A stretch of 64,000 nucleotides of DNA from the human T2T-CHM13v2.0 reference genome, Homo sapiens, in NCBI RefSeq assembly GCF_009914755.1, contig NC_060931.1; one strand, 5' to 3'. This document shows positions 13,467 to 31,859 of the stretch, piece by piece. Made by a program: the position numbers and the translations under genes. Below the pieces are notes generated by a model. That model did not search any database. It saw nothing but the letters and a program-made list of their open reading frames with translations, and was not told where the DNA came from. Positions within the stretch are counted from its first letter, which is position 1, and every line of letters starts with the position of its first letter.

Positions 13467-13919
13467 GTAAGTAAAAATGCAGATATCGTTTTTAGTAAAG
13501 GCACTGGAATTTGGGTAGCCTACTATGACGTGATGGAACATACACTTTTGAAGAATATTACTGTTGGGACTTTGACAAAGAAAGGTTTTCTGTGAGCCTT
13601 ATATTTGAATCATTCTGATTAGATGTAATTTATGGGAACGGATTTTCTAAATGTATCTTACATGGTTCAACACAAACCTGATGCTTATATTTCATCATTT
13701 GAAAGTTTAAAGTTTACTTGAAGAGTAGAATCAGAGTATTAAGAAAATCCTGAAACATGAAACATATGATCTGGATGCTTCTCTTTCTACCCTCATTTTT
13801 TATTACCTGAATTGTCTTTTTGAGTGTTTACTTATATGTGCTTATCATGCCACAGTCTCCCTGTGAGTCTGCTTGTCCCTCCACCTTATATGAGGTAAAA
13901 GCCTGGAGTCACTCTTCCT

Positions 13920-14208
13920 TTTTTTTTTTTTTTTTTTGTTTGAGACAGGGTCTCACTCTGTTGCCCAGGTTGCGACCTCAGCTCACTGCAACCTCCACCT
14001 CCTGGGCACAAGTGGTCTTCCTGCCTCAGCCTCCTGAGTGGCTGGGACTATAGGCAGGCACTGCCATACCTGGCTAATTGTGTATTTTTTGTAGAGATGG
14101 AGTTTCACCATGATGCCCAGGCTAGTCTCAAACTCCTGGGCTCAAGCAGTCTGTCCGCCTCAGCCTCCAGAAGTGCTGAGATTACAGGCATGGGCCACCA
14201 TGCCCGGC
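13920..14208 (-). mobile_element. Alu (J-like, small internal deletion)
   Basis: Antisense dimer with TSD ggagtcactcttc. Confidence 0.93.
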
Positions 14209-14959
14209 TTGGAGTCACTCTTCTTAGAGACACATGAGTTCAGATTGACTCATCAATTTTTTTTTTTAAACTGGCAGTTTAATGGCAGTTTCTGCTTGGT
14301 GTCCTAGCTTATCTTGAAATGGAAAATTCTGCTGTGGTAACTGTTTTTTCACAGTTTACACTTACTGAAGAGTATAATTGTGAATGGATTTTTTTCTTAC
14401 ATAAAATGTTATTTAAAAGTAAAATATTTATAGCCAATCATGCTCATAGTATGAGGGGTATGAGCTTACTTTCATGTAGAACTCAACTCTTCTTTGTAAA
14501 CTTCTTTACATGCTTGAGATATTTAATGTCCTCAAGCCCACATATATTTACCTTGATGTTACCAGTGAAACAATTAAAAGATTAGGGAAACTGAGTTATT
14601 CATGGTCTAAAGTTTAATGTGCAAATATGAATGGAAAAAATGAACAAGATAAAATTAATGTAAGAAGAGCAATAGCAAAAAGAGAAAATATGCATATCAG
14701 TTAAGAACTAATATCAATAGACCTGCTTTTGAATTGTCTTTATCGCTTAGTAGGTATATCCTTAGATAAGGTAACTCTTTTGGGTTATAGTTTGTAAAAT
14801 GGGGATTCATTAATAATGCATCTCTTGATATGGTGATTGAAGCTGACATAGTTATTATATTTTGGGGCTTACATGTGAAGACATGTAGAGATAGGGATAA
14901 AGTGTGAGGTAGACATGAAAAAATCAGAATTCATGGCAAATAATATACAGAGAGTTCAA

Positions 14960-16800
14960 ATAAGATTAGTAACTACATGGCAATTTTATATTAGATAGTC
15001 AGGGAAGGCCTCTCCAAGGATCTGAATGATAAGATGAACCTGCAGAGTTTTTTGGCTTTCTTTTGTTTAGTTCACTTTTGTTGTTGTTGTTACTTTTTGT
15101 GTGTGTTGAGGGCAGAATGCTCTGGGCAGGAATAAACTTGGCAGGTTCAAAGGGCAGTATGGATGGAGCAGAGTACACAGGAGGGAGCTGGATGGCCAGA
15201 TTGGAAAGGTGACTAGAAGGTAGATCATATAGTACTTTATAAAACAAGGTAAGGTTTTTGGCTTGCGTTTAAAATGTGAACAGAAACTATTAGTGAGTTT
15301 TGATAAAAAGAATGATGTGACCAGATTTATGCTTTAAAAAAGATCATTCTACCTACTGTTTGAAGAATAGACTTTTAGAGGTGAGACAAGTTTATAAGCA
15401 GGGAGGTCAATTAGAAAGTTGTTCTTGTATTCCAAGTAAGTCATGATAATGGCTTGTACTAGGATTATGGCATTGGAGTGGTGAGAAGTTATACTCTGGA
15501 TGTATTTTGGATTTTGGGTTAGCAGGAATATTCATATATTGGTTGTAAGATATAAGAGAAAAATAGGAATCAGATTACTTCAACATATTTGGCTTGAGCA
15601 GCTAACAGGGTAGGTGGGTACGTAGGTAGATTCATGAGGTGGGAAATATTGGGAGGAGATGATTTAGGGAGGAGAAGCAAGTGGTCTTTAAACCGTCTTG
15701 AATTTAAGATGCCTTTTAGACATCTAAGTGGAAATGTACATAGGCAGTTGGATTCAAGATTTGTAGTTTTGGGAATAGCTCAGGACTGCAAATTACAGAC
15801 TTAGGAGTCATCACTACCAGGCATAGAAAGCAACTGTAAATCCATAACAGTAGCCAAGGTTACTTTTGGGACATATGTAAAGATGATCAGTGCTGATCCT
15901 TATCACAGGTTCAATACTGTATTTTCCAATCAGAGGAGGAGGAGCCAGCAAAGGAGACCAAGGGAAGTAGGAAGAAAACAAGGACAGTGGTCTCCCAGAG
16001 GCCAAGAGAAGGAAGTGTTTAATGCTTCTGAGAAGTCAAATGAGGTAAAAATGTGACCATTGGATATGTAAACATGATGTGGACAGAGGTTGCCCTTGAC
16101 AAGAGCAGTTTTAATGAAAGTTGAAGAGGGAACCCCAGCTGGAAGAGATGAAAGCAGATTGATGAAGTGGTGGTAACATTTGGAAATAATGCTTGCAAGA
16201 AAAGTTTTGATGTGCACTGGGAGATCAAAAATAATTTTTTAAAGATTGTGATATTACATCATAGGCATTGTTACAGGAGAGGAGGAAAAATAATCTTGCA
16301 GGGGAGAAGATAAGGAGCCAAAGTCATTGAGAAGGTAAAAGCCAAGAGGATCAAGAGCAGAAAGGTGGAGGGGTTGGTCTTTGACAGGATCAAAGAAGAG
16401 AGGCAATTAGGAGGGAATGCAGAAAGTGTGAATCTAGAAGCAAACAGATTGGCCAGTTTTGTTGTAGGAAGATGAGGAGGTACTTTTTATTGCTTATGTT
16501 TTTAGTGAAATAAGAACTGAGGTCATCCACTGGGGTGGATGATTTGAGGAGAAAGGAGGTTTGAAATAGTCTTTTTGGAAAGTGGAAAAAACAAACATGC
16601 TGTGGAAATAATGGAGTTACTGAACACTGCTGAGTGCCCATTTGAGATGTGTGTTCATGCATTTAAAATTAGACGAGATGACATGCTGTGTTTTTTTCTT
16701 CAGCATCAGTGAGGGGCAGGAGGGGCAGGTGCAAAGGAAGAGGGGCTGAAGGATTAAAGTTTTTGTAAGGGAGAAATAATTTGGGGCCATTGAATCTATC
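14960..16800. mobile_element. L2 LINE fragments
   Basis: Purine-rich degenerate sequence with L2-typical phrases (gtgaccagatttatgcttt, gacatctaagtggaaatg). Confidence 0.6.
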
Positions 16801-16819
16801 ATGTGTAAAGTGAAAATTG

Positions 16820-17167
<348 letters not shown>

Positions 17168-17216
17168 TTAAGCCACTGAGGTTAGTCTCAATAAGGAGGC
17201 TATAATTAAAACTAGT

Positions 17217-17517
17217 TTTTTGTTTTTTGTTTGTCTTTTTTTTTTTTTTTTGGTCTGTCACCTAGGGTGGAATGCTGTGGTGTGATCACAGCTCACTGCA
17301 ACCTCGACCTCCTGGGCTCTAACAGTCCTCCCACTTCAGCCTCCTGAGTAGCTGGGACCAGGCACATGCCACCACACCTGGCTAATTTTTGTATTTTTTG
17401 TAGAGACCGAGTTTTGCCATGTTGCCCAGGCTGGTCTCGAACTCCTGAGCTCAAGCAATCTGCCCGCCTCAGCCCCCAAAGTGTTGGGATTACACGTGTG
17501 AGCCACAGCACCTGGCC
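17217..17517 (-). mobile_element. Alu (J-like)
   Basis: Antisense dimer. Confidence 0.93.
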
Positions 17518-17559
17518 TGTTGTTTATTTATTTGTTTTTACCTACCCCCTAGGAGACCA

Positions 17560-19900
17560 TTAAGACTAATTCAGTCATACCTTTCATCCCTGTTTACCAC
17601 ATTTACACAAAAAGCCCAGACTGTTCATGTTATCCCTTGTCAGCTGGATTCACGGATTTGTGCATGGTCTAATTTGATCCAAATTTCCCATTGCTCTGAT
17701 CTACCCTCACGACTTCCCCAAACCCTTCTGCTGTACTTTCTGGAGCTCACGATCAGCAAAATCCATTATATCCTCAACCTTTTCTCTAAAAGATGTTACT
17801 AAAGCTTGATTATTCATTAAGCTTACTACTTCCCCTGTACCCTCGCAAGGGGGAATTTTTTTTTTCTTTTATATAGCACTACAGGGCCTGTGGGAGGTGT
17901 TGGTATCCTTTTTGTTTCCCTCTGCCCTTTCTGTTTTCCCTTCGTCCTTAACAATTTTAGCCTTTTTGGGGAAAAAAAAATGCCTTCAGGTTATATCACC
18001 ACTACATTGTTGCAGTGACTTTCCTCCTGCCCATTCCCCTTCATCTATTGATTGCTTTAGCTCCAGTGCCTGTCTTTCTTTCCATTACTACCTCAGTCAT
18101 ATTCTTGATGATTTTAGCTTTCAATTGTAGACGATCCATAGGCTCTCATTTCCTTCAGTTTATAGCTCTAGGAAACTACATCTTTCAGTACTCCAACTCA
18201 GCTGTTCCTTTGGCCACATTGTGATTTACAGTTTAATGATGCTACTGCTCTCTTCATGGCTCCATTCCTACTTCCCCGTCTTCACTTCTTTCTGGCTCTT
18301 CACCATCATTACTCCCAGGCATACACATTCAAATCTTTGCTACCTCTCCCCAGTACTGATGTGGTAAAACCTAAACATCGTTTAAAATTTAATTTGTCTT
18401 TTCTCTACATATCAAAGATACCTACTCTAGCAATTTACTTGGCCAGAGAAAACCATAAAACTTACTTAATGATCTCAGTTAAATCTCAAGTTGGCCCCCA
18501 GCACTACGGTGCTATCTTCCTTGGTTAGCTTATTCTTTCACTTCCAGAGAAGACTGTTTTATGCCTTTCGCTCTCCTTCTTGTTAGCTAACAAACTCTTG
18601 TTTTTCACAACAGATATGAGCAATCTTCCCATCATGACATTTACCAGCCTTTCAGTGATGGGCAGAATAATGGTCCCCCATAGATGTCTACTTTCTAATC
18701 CCTGAAATTGTTAATATGTTAGGTTACATGGTAAAGAGGAATTAAGGTTGCTAGTCAGTTGACCTTGAAATGGGGACGTTATCCTGGATTATTCACATGT
18801 GCCCAAAGTATATAATCACAAGGGTCCTTATTCATGGAAGAGGGAGGCAAAGGAGAGAACCAAAGAGATGGAAGTATGAGAAGGTTATGATCTTCCCTTG
18901 ATGGCTTTGAAGATGGAAGAAGGGGTTCATGAGCCCAAGGAATGTGGATAGCCTCTAAAAGCTGGAAAAAGGAAGGAAACCAATTTTCTTCTAGAGCCTC
19001 TAGAAGGAACACAGCCCTGATGGCACCTTCATTTTAGCCCAGTAAGACACATTTCAGATTTCTGGTCCTTAGACCTGTAAGATAATAAATTTGTGTTGTT
19101 TTAAGCTACCAAGTCAGTAGTAATTTGTTTTTGCAACCAGTGAAAATATACTGATTCAAATATTTGCCCATTCTCTACCCCCTTGCAATATGTTACTGCA
19201 AATTCATATACTTTTCTTTTCTTTTTAAAATACAGATGAACTCCTCTGACTCCTAAGGACAACTCTTCTATATCTGTGCTGAGTCCCGCTTCCTCTTGCT
19301 TAGTCAAGAAACTTGCTTTTGCATTATCCTCTCTCTCTGCTGCTTATCAGTTTTTTTCTTTACTTGATTGTTCCAGTCTGTAATATCTTCCATCTTAAAA
19401 GGAAAACAATTCACCTCATGTCTCCTTCAAGTATCAGGCCCCAGTCGAAGCCATCATCCCATCTCTCTTAGATTGTTCTCACCTGGACAACTTTAGTCAC
19501 CTCCTAACTTGGCATACCTTCTCTTCACCCTTGTAATCTGTTCTCCATGTAACAGCTGGAGGGATCTTTTTAGTGAGACCACATTATCACTCCCTTGCTT
19601 AAAACCATCCATTGGTTTCCTTCCCATCATACTGGAAACCACTTTCTGAGGCCAGTATAATCGGGTCTCAACCTTATCTACCACTCTATCCTTTTCTCTG
19701 TGCCGCAGCTGCACTGACCTTGTTTTCCTTTAAGCAGATCAACTCATGTTTATTCTAATGCCTTTGTGCTTGCTGTTTCCTCTGCCTGAAACACTTCTGC
19801 GGGTATTTACATGGCGTACTTTCTCACTCCATTCAGTTTTCTGCTCAAATATCCGCCAGGTTTATTGTGAGGTAGCACCCTTCTGCCACCCTCACCCTTT
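17560..19900. mobile_element. L2 fragments (opposite orientation to 14960-16800), interrupted by MLT1
   Basis: Pyrimidine-rich L2-like sequence (cactcccttgcttaaaacc, gctgtttcctctgcctg). Confidence 0.55.
18655..19150. mobile_element. MLT1 (MLT1D-like) MaLR LTR
   Basis: ggcagaataatggtcccc ... aataaatttgtgttgttttaagc hallmarks. Confidence 0.8.
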
Positions 19901-20988
19901 CCAACCATTTATTGATTAATTTGGCATCAGGTTTATTTTCTTTTTTCTTTTCCAGCCCTAAACTTTGAAAGGGGTGTGGTCAGGAGATGAAAGCAATAAA
20001 AGAGTGGTGGTCGTAGAGGTAAAAGGATCTGGAGGTTTTTGAAGGGGAAGAAAGAAGAAATGGTTTGGAGGTAGCCATGAGGAACAAGGAAAACACATAT
20101 CTCATCCCCTAGGTCTTGAGGAAATAAGGTATAAGAGAAAAAAGAGTATTTTTATCAGGAGACTGTTCTTCCTCATAGTTGATGAAAAGATTTCATAAGA
20201 TAATGTATGTAAAGCACTTAATACTGACCCGTAAATAATACCCACCACTATATTTCCTTCAAGCGGCAGTGTATGTCTTCTCTTTCTTCCTCTTTTTCCA
20301 TTTTCTTTTCTTAGAAGGTAGGGGCAGGGATCACATAAGAAGATCCTTGGCAAAAGGACAAGTACCTAAAGATGGGGTTATATCAGAATAGTCTGAGGTT
20401 TACAGCAAACAAACAGTTCTTGGGGAGTTAAGGTGTGCCAAAGAAATCAGAGATAATCCATTGTCAGTGGCTTACCAGGTGTTACCAGACTGGACAAAAT
20501 TCTTTTCCTTTGCCACTGGCATACTGTATCCTTTTCTACTGAAAATTATTTTATTGAGTTATCATAGCTAGATATTACTGCAATTAAATTATCTGATGAG
20601 TAATTAACATTAAAATAATCCAAAAGAGAAATCTGTTAATTCAAATGGCTGTCCTCCAAGATTCCACTGGTCTCCTTCTCCCCTTCCCATTTCTGTTCCT
20701 AAGTAAAATTAGAAAGGTCTGTAGTAGTTTGGGATTTATGTGGTTTTCAGGGTATTTGAAACTCATTGATTTCTAGATGTCTCACATGGAACAAGTGTCA
20801 GGAGTATGTATTTATATCATAGTAACTGCAATTCCATTAATACATTATTTTTGTTATGTGATATATTTGATGACTATATGATAAATAAAATACTGGAAGA
20901 ATGCCTACTTTTCTTCTATTGGATATATGCATCTTTACTCCTGTTTAACCTTAGATTTGAGTCTTGTGTTTTCTGTTTCTGTTTCCAG

Positions 20989-21097
20989 AGAGTGAAGGGC
21001 GTTCCCCAAACCACATTGTAGTGCTGTGTCGAGGCCGAGCTTTTGTCTTTGATGTAATACATGAAGGATGTTTGGTCACCCCGCCAGAGCTTCTCAG
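20989..21097 (+). CDS. CROT: CROT coding exon 5 (ESEGRSPNHIVVLCRGRAFVFDV...)
   Basis: gtttccag| ... AG|gttttc; HIVV motif. Confidence 0.95.
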
Positions 21098-21429
21098 GTT
21101 TTCAGACTACTTTCTTGAGTTTCATTAGGTCTTATGGTATTGCTTGAATTAAAATATACATGTTTAGAATTGCCTTTCAAGGTGATAGTAAGCTGAAAAA
21201 TAAGAATTTTATGCATGCTTTTTTAAAAAAAAACTATTTGTATTTTTTATTTAAATTATTTTTAAATTTTACTAGACATATATAAATATGTTCACTTGGA
21301 GAAAAGGAAAACATTACATATATTACCAATTCCATTCCCTGCCCCAGAATTAATCACTCTTACTAGTTTAGTGTGTTCCATTGTTCCATACCTGTTGCAA
21401 TGAATTTACATGTATACCTAGCTTAAAAA

Positions 21430-21500
21430 ATATATATAATATATAATATGTATTATATATGTATATACATATATATGGTATACATTTTCTATGTATATGT
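21430..21500. repeat. (TA)n-rich low-complexity tract
   Basis: Imperfect TA/TATG repeats. Confidence 0.8.
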
Positions 21501-21789
21501 TTTAAAGTATATTACAGAAAATTTCAAAATGTATAGGGGATTATATAATGATAACTCCCGTGTACCCATCTCCTAACTTCAACAGTTACCAACTCCTAGC
21601 ATCAACAGTTATAAACTCATAGTCAATGCTGTTTCAACTATACCTCTTTTACCTTTTCCCTCACTTTCCCATGGATTATTTTGAAGATAATCTGACATAA
21701 TATCCTTTCACTATAGATATTTCAGTATACATCTCTAAAATAGAAGGACTCTTAAAATACACATTTAGTACCATTATCATACCTAATGA

Positions 21790-22149
<360 letters not shown>

Positions 22150-22169
22150 TAATTGTTGGGTATATATAT

Positions 22170-25160
<2,991 letters not shown>

Positions 25161-27242
25161 AAAATTGTGGGAAGGGGGAGATAATGTTTAAATATACATT
25201 TAGTTGGAAATGTTGGCAGGAATCGAAGTAGAGATATCCAACAAGCTTTTGGAACTTTGGTAACAGAGATTGAGAGAAAAAATGGTGTTGAAGTTAGAGA
25301 GTTGGTTGCCTCTTACATAAAGGTGATCATTGAAACTATTAAAGAAGTAGACGAGATTACTAAGGGAGAAACTTATAAGAGGAGCTTGGAAAGGCCAGTG
25401 ACAGAAATTTGGGAAAAGACACATTCAGCAGTGTAAGGAGAACAAATGGTCAATGAAAAAGACTTCAGTGACGTATGGAGACGACAATGGGACCATGTGA
25501 AAAAATCAAGTAAGAAGATAATTTTAACATTCATACCTGAGTGTCAAACATTCTATAATGAGGAAAATTAGACTTAAATAAAGCTACTAGGTTTCCTTAA
25601 TGGGACATTATTGGTGACTTTCAAGATAATCACTGGAGAACAAAAATCGAGGACAGTAAATTAAAGAGTGAATGGAAAGCGATGAAGCAGAAGCCAGACT
25701 GTGTGGGTTATAGAATATTTAAAAAAATATATGATTCTGTAATGCAGATATTTTTAATACAAATCTTTGTGCTTTGAAATATAAAAAATTAGATGTGTAG
25801 CTGAAAAACAGGTGCATAGTTAGCCAAGTTAAAGGAAAAGAGGGATTATCTTGTTACCAAATCTGTATCTCTTAATGGTGGCGATTTGGGCAGTTATGTG
25901 ACCTTTTATTATCAAACTTAAAATGTCATTTCAGGTTTAACACACTTTCCTTTGTAATTTCTCCCTAATAATGACCACCTTGTAAAACGAACATGAAAAT
26001 GATCATTTCAGGGAGGAAGTAAAAGTTTCATAGTCAAAACTCGTGCTTTGAGGTAGTTGGTAAGGGAAAGGTAGCAACAAGTACCATATGGAGAGAAACA
26101 GGTTGATTTTATTTAGAAATTCAGAGTTTATGCTAGTAACCACAACTGCAAAAGCTTTACTTATAATTGGAGCAAAATCAGTAGTTACTAAAGAAAGTAA
26201 GCAGGAAGAGAGGCAAGGCAAGTTGCTCTGCTATAGATGCAGATTGGTGAAGAAACCCTTATTCTGTTCCTCAGGACACCATTAATTTGCAAATAACAAG
26301 GGGGGAATTTTTCAGCAAGAAATGTATTTCTTTATCAGTGTTACAGATATAATGAACAAACAGAGGAGAGTATGCAAATCAGTAGATAAATGATGAATTC
26401 CAATTTTGAATGATGAAGTCAGAACTGATGGCTACTAGTAGCATTTTTTGACCATTTATTAAGCTACATTAGCTCACTTCCTGAGAAATCCTTGAAAGCT
26501 TTTAAATTGAAGTAATTTCTTAACATGTGCCATGAAATTGAGCTAAATTAAAGCTCTGTGGATTTTTGACTGATGGAAATTTCTTTATGGGAGAACCCAG
26601 TTATTTATCTGCTGTATGTTTAAAGATACATGAAATTCACCAATCTAGGAGCATAAAATACTGTGGAGGGGGAGTAGTTTATCCTTAGCTAATAGAGTCT
26701 TTAAAAATATAATGATTAGAAGTAACAAAGTGGCACATATGAAAATAGTTAAAACTGATTATATGGTATTTCTATTTTTTTTTGGTAAAACACAAATATT
26801 AATTGAGTATACAGTAAGTCCTCTGGTTAAATATATACGCACATAGATTTTAGTTAGATAAGATGTACATTATATTTGTGAAATTGATTACCAGGATATT
26901 TTTCAAGTTCTCCATTGTAAGGATATTTACAGTAAAAAGGATATTTACTTGCAACCTAGAAGTGCATGCACATTTCCAAAGTATATATCAGCGAAACTAA
27001 ATTTAGCCAATAACTAAATTTATTTACTGAAATTAAATTATTGTCAAATATGCTTTTGGTGTTAATAGAACACAATCACTTAAAAAAATATGTGATGTAG
27101 GAAATCTATTGGCATCATAAGTGGTTTCTTTGGGTAATATATCCAAACATTTAAATATTGATCAATGTTATGACCTTTTAAAGGCCAAAGTAGTTACTTT
27201 CTGCCTGTACTCTTTTTTAATCTTCTTTTCATCTTCCATAAG

Positions 27243-27336
27243 ACAACTGACATATATCCACAAGAAGTGCCATAGTGAACCTGATGGACCTGGGATTGCA
27301 GCATTAACTAGTGAGGAGCGAACTCGATGGGCTAAG
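27243..27336 (+). CDS. CROT: CROT coding exon 6 (QLTYIHKK...IAALTSEERTRWAK)
   Basis: ccataag| ... AAG|gttctg; LTxxxRxxWA motif. Confidence 0.96.
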
Positions 27337-27438
27337 GTTCTGATTTACACTTTTCTTAACGAAGCTTTTCTCTAACAAACTCTTTTGATGTATTGTATTT
27401 CAGTTGTAATATTTGATCATCATCTCCTTGCCCTTTAG

Positions 27439-27564
27439 GCACGAGAATATCTGATTGGTCTTGATCCAGAGAACTTGGCTTTGTTAGAAAAAATTCAGAG
27501 TAGTTTACTGGTATATTCCATGGAGGATAGCAGTCCACATGTAACACCAGAGGATTATTCTGAG
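27439..27564 (+). CDS. CROT: CROT coding exon 7 (AREYLIGLDPEN...PEDYSE)
   Basis: ctttag| ... GAG|gtactt; in frame. Confidence 0.96.
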
Positions 27565-28960
27565 GTACTTAACTACCTTCTCTTTTTTTTTTTTATTGCA
27601 GATTTTTCTGGAAGACTCATATTTATTGAACATGGAAGTTTTTTTTCTTTTTCTACCTTTAGGCTCTTGAAACTTTTTCTTAGTTATACAATATACTTGT
27701 GCCAAATTGAAGCTTATAAAGTAGATAGTAAATTGGTAAATCCTTGCCACATTGTTTAAGTTTGTTTAGCTATATATTATACTTTGTTTAAAGAAGTATG
27801 ACTTTGCATATCACATATCAGTGTTGCTCAACCTTTTCATTGCTTGCCTACTCAGAAAATTTACACAGAGCACTAGGTTAATGAGCTTTTCTTGCCAAAG
27901 GTGAAATGATAACCTAATCATAACCTGCACTAGTGTATCTTGACACCATAGTTGGGACTGTGTCTCCTAAGAATTATGTCACCCTTGTAAGTCATTTATT
28001 TTATCATTTGGTTAATTGCTGAACACATTGATGTCAGTGACGTTAAGGGTAAATATGGCCTTATTTTATGCTCCCCTGCCACCCCCAGGGTGACATTTGT
28101 GTCCCAGGAAATAATAAAAGATAGTAATTGTATTAGAAATCTCATAGTCTTTTGAAAATACTTAATTATTTTATAGTGAATTAATCGGTATTAAATAATA
28201 GGAAAAAATATCAAGGATTGGAAAACCTTGTAGCAAGGAGAGAGATTTTTTTTTTTTTTTGAGAATCACCAGACTTCTTTTTAAGGAAGAATGTATTTTA
28301 ATGCAGTGTTGTTCAAAGTTTTTTGACCACAATTTTTAGTTACAAATACATTTAGATTGCAGCCCACTATATATACATGTGTATATGCATGCAAACACAT
28401 ATATAAAATAGGAGTTTCACAGAGCACTAATTACTTTTATTGTCTGTGAGGTACACTGATATTTCCAGTCTATTTTATTCTCCTTTTTTGTAAGGAATAT
28501 TGATTATGATGCACTGAGTTAATTTCATGATCCATTAATAGGCCAAAGTATACAGTTTGAAAAACAGGTTTAGTAGGAAACGAATTCTTAAAATATTTCC
28601 TCCTAACTAGACTTTAATGACTAAACTTTTATCAAGATCTTTTATCCTATTCAAGTTACAAAACCCTTATCCTCTCAATTCTATGTTCTGTAAACATTCA
28701 TGAATATTGTACCAGCATTTTCTTTTCTGGTAGGATTTTCTTAACTTGAGATTTTGAGAAGCCCCTAAAGTCAGGGCCAGAATTACTCTCTCTTGACTTT
28801 GCATATCACATATCAGTGTTGCTGATCATAACTATATTATGATTTTATTAAATTTGGTTGACCTGAAGAGGAATGGTGAGATGATATATGTGTTTAAGAT
28901 GTAAATTCTTACAAACCAATATTAAACCCTTTTAATTTGGAAAAATTAAATTTATTTTAG

Positions 28961-29062
28961 ATTATTGCAGCCATCCTTATTGGAGATCCAACAGTACGCT
29001 GGGGTGACAAATCCTATAACTTGATTTCCTTTTCTAATGGAGTATTTGGCTGTAATTGTGAT
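28961..29062 (+). CDS. CROT: CROT coding exon 8 (IIAAILIGDPTVRWGDKS...GCNCD)
   Basis: ttttag| ... GAT|gtaagt; RWxDK motif. Confidence 0.97.
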
Positions 29063-29672
29063 GTAAGTAAACTACTGAAATTTTTCTCTTTTGATCTTTT
29101 AGGTTAAATTAATGACAATAAACCATAAATACTTGTGCTGGGGAACAGTGTAAGTGAATAGTAATTTAGTTTTATGGCACTGTGGTGAAAAGTTTAGTTA
29201 TGAATTCTCATTGAAAGTATAGGACAAGTTATTTTCTTCTGTAGTAAGGCCAACAGTTTGTTGTGTACTATATCTGCAAAATGGGATTTGCATATAATAT
29301 TTATGTAATATAAGCTCTTAAAACCCAGTATTATCTGCTTGCTGAGAATACCTATTTCAAAAGGTATTATATGGCATTATGTATGTGTTCTATGCAGAGC
29401 AATGCATATGGATATATTTATAGAGTTCAAGATTCACCTAGTAACTAGGTAACTATTTTCCTAAAATGACACATGATCTTTGGAACACTATTTAGGCTGT
29501 GGATATTAAAATGGCAGTTACTACCATTTTGACCATTTTCATAAAAAATGAACAACTTTTCTTGCTTCTCCTCTGTTCCCCTCCCATGGACATCTTCACT
29601 AGCTGTCTACTAACTGTCTGATAGGCATTCAGGAGGTCTATGAACCAAGAAAATTTTTTATAAAGGGGTTTG

Positions 29673-29976
29673 GGGCTGGGTATGATGGCTGATACCTGTA
29701 ATCCCAGCACTTTGGGAGGCCAAGGCAGGTGAATCACTTGAGCCCAGGAGATGGAGACTGGTCTGGGCAATGGCATGAAACCCCGTCTCTACAAAAAATA
29801 CAAAAATTAGCCTCACATGGTGTTGTGCGCCTGTGATCCCAGCTACTTGGGAGGCTGAGGTCTAGGAGGATCGCTTGAACCTGGGAGGTTGAGGGTGCAG
29901 TGAACGGTGTTTGGGCCAGTGCACTTCAGCCTGGGAAACAGACTGAGACTCTGACTCCAAAAAAAAAAAAAAAAAA
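29673..29976 (+). mobile_element. Alu (J-like)
   Basis: Sense dimer. Confidence 0.93.
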
Positions 29977-29999
29977 GGGTTCAGTAGTTGTATTAATCC

Positions 30000-30480
30000 A
30001 TATTCAGGTTTAGGTGATAGAAACCTAAATCAAACTAGCGTTAGCGTAAGAAGATATTTGTTGGCAAGGAGTTAGCTAAATTTGGGTAAAGCTGACTTCA
30101 ATGTTCAAATGCTTTCATTAGAAATCTCTCCCCATTTTTTGGTACTGCTTTCTTTTGTTTGGCCTCATATTTAGGTAGACTGCCCAATGTGATTGTTGTA
30201 CCAACAGTCTCATATCTTCATAGCTTTCTTCATAGACTCCCAAAGGAAATAGCCAGCTTCTTTGTTTCCAATGGTTACAGCAAAAGTCCTGGAATAATCC
30301 TCATCAGTTGTGATTGGCCTGTGTGATTCATGTCCCCATCCTGGGGAATCAGGTGCTTGGATGAGCTTGGCCTGGGTCACATGCCCAACCTTGGAATCTA
30401 GTGGGTAGAATCAGTCTCATTCAAACCACTACAAAGTGGTGCTTGGTTGCCTAAAGAACAGTAAAGTAGCTGTTATTTCA
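30000..30480. mobile_element. Old MLT1 (J/K-like) LTR
   Basis: gattggcc...gggtcacatgcccaacc motifs. Confidence 0.55.
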
Positions 30481-31426
30481 GAACAAGGTGGATTGGTTAA
30501 TAGGCACTGAAAGTAAATGTCTATTGGAGTATCTCATCAGAGCTACAGTGAAAAGTTGCCACAAGTCATTTATTTTGAAGATGTTCTCTTTACTCTTCCT
30601 TTGAGTCTACTGTTGACAGAATAGTTCTTGTTAATTGCCTCAGTTTTCTTCTCTTCAGCTCCTCATTTGATTCTCCTTGACCTTCCTCAGTCTGGTTTAT
30701 GTCCTTACCATTCCTTGCAAACTACCCTTTGTAAGGTGGTTAACTGCCCCCTGGCTTCTTCCCTTCATTTCCCTTTGACCTGTCTGCTGCAGTTGGTTAC
30801 CCTCTGCATACATATTTTGACACTGCCTCTTTCCTCTTAACAGTATTTTCCTCTCTACTGATTCTGAAACTGACCTTAATATTCATCACACTTTTCCCCC
30901 TCTGACCACTTTATTGACCTATTGTTATATATGTAACTTGCAGCTATACTTTTCTAGCTTTTACCTATTATTCTCATTTGAGAGTTGTGTTTCATTATAT
31001 GTTAAATTGTTCAAATTGGATGTTATATTGTTATATAAGAGTAAGTCAATCTCATCAAGAATAACTCATCTTGCTTTCCGTCCCTCATCCCCAAGACCAT
31101 CAAAAAACACCTTTTGCTAAACTGATTTTTACTAATAGCACCAGTATCCTGCTGTTCACACAAATTCAAGATGAAAATAATTTTGATAATCTTGTCTGTC
31201 TCTGAATAAAGAATATTGGGCTCATAATGAGCATATCTCTCAGCATAACTGAACTGCTTTTTTATAGTGTGCGGACATGTTTTATGTGTGTGCATTAACA
31301 TGCATATATTCATAAAATTGATCTGATTATCTCCACCTGATAATTTGCATTAAATTCCATGGAGGTTTCCCTTCTAACCTAAGATGATTATAGAGGGTGC
31401 AGTTTAACCTTTGTAAATCATCATTA

Positions 31427-31750
<324 letters not shown>

Positions 31751-31859
31751 GCATATGTACTGTAAAATAAAGCTTATTTTACCCTAAAGCCATGTTGCTG
31801 GTCCATAATTTTAATTGTTTGAATATGTTCTTTTGTGATTATATTAATTCCATTTCCCT

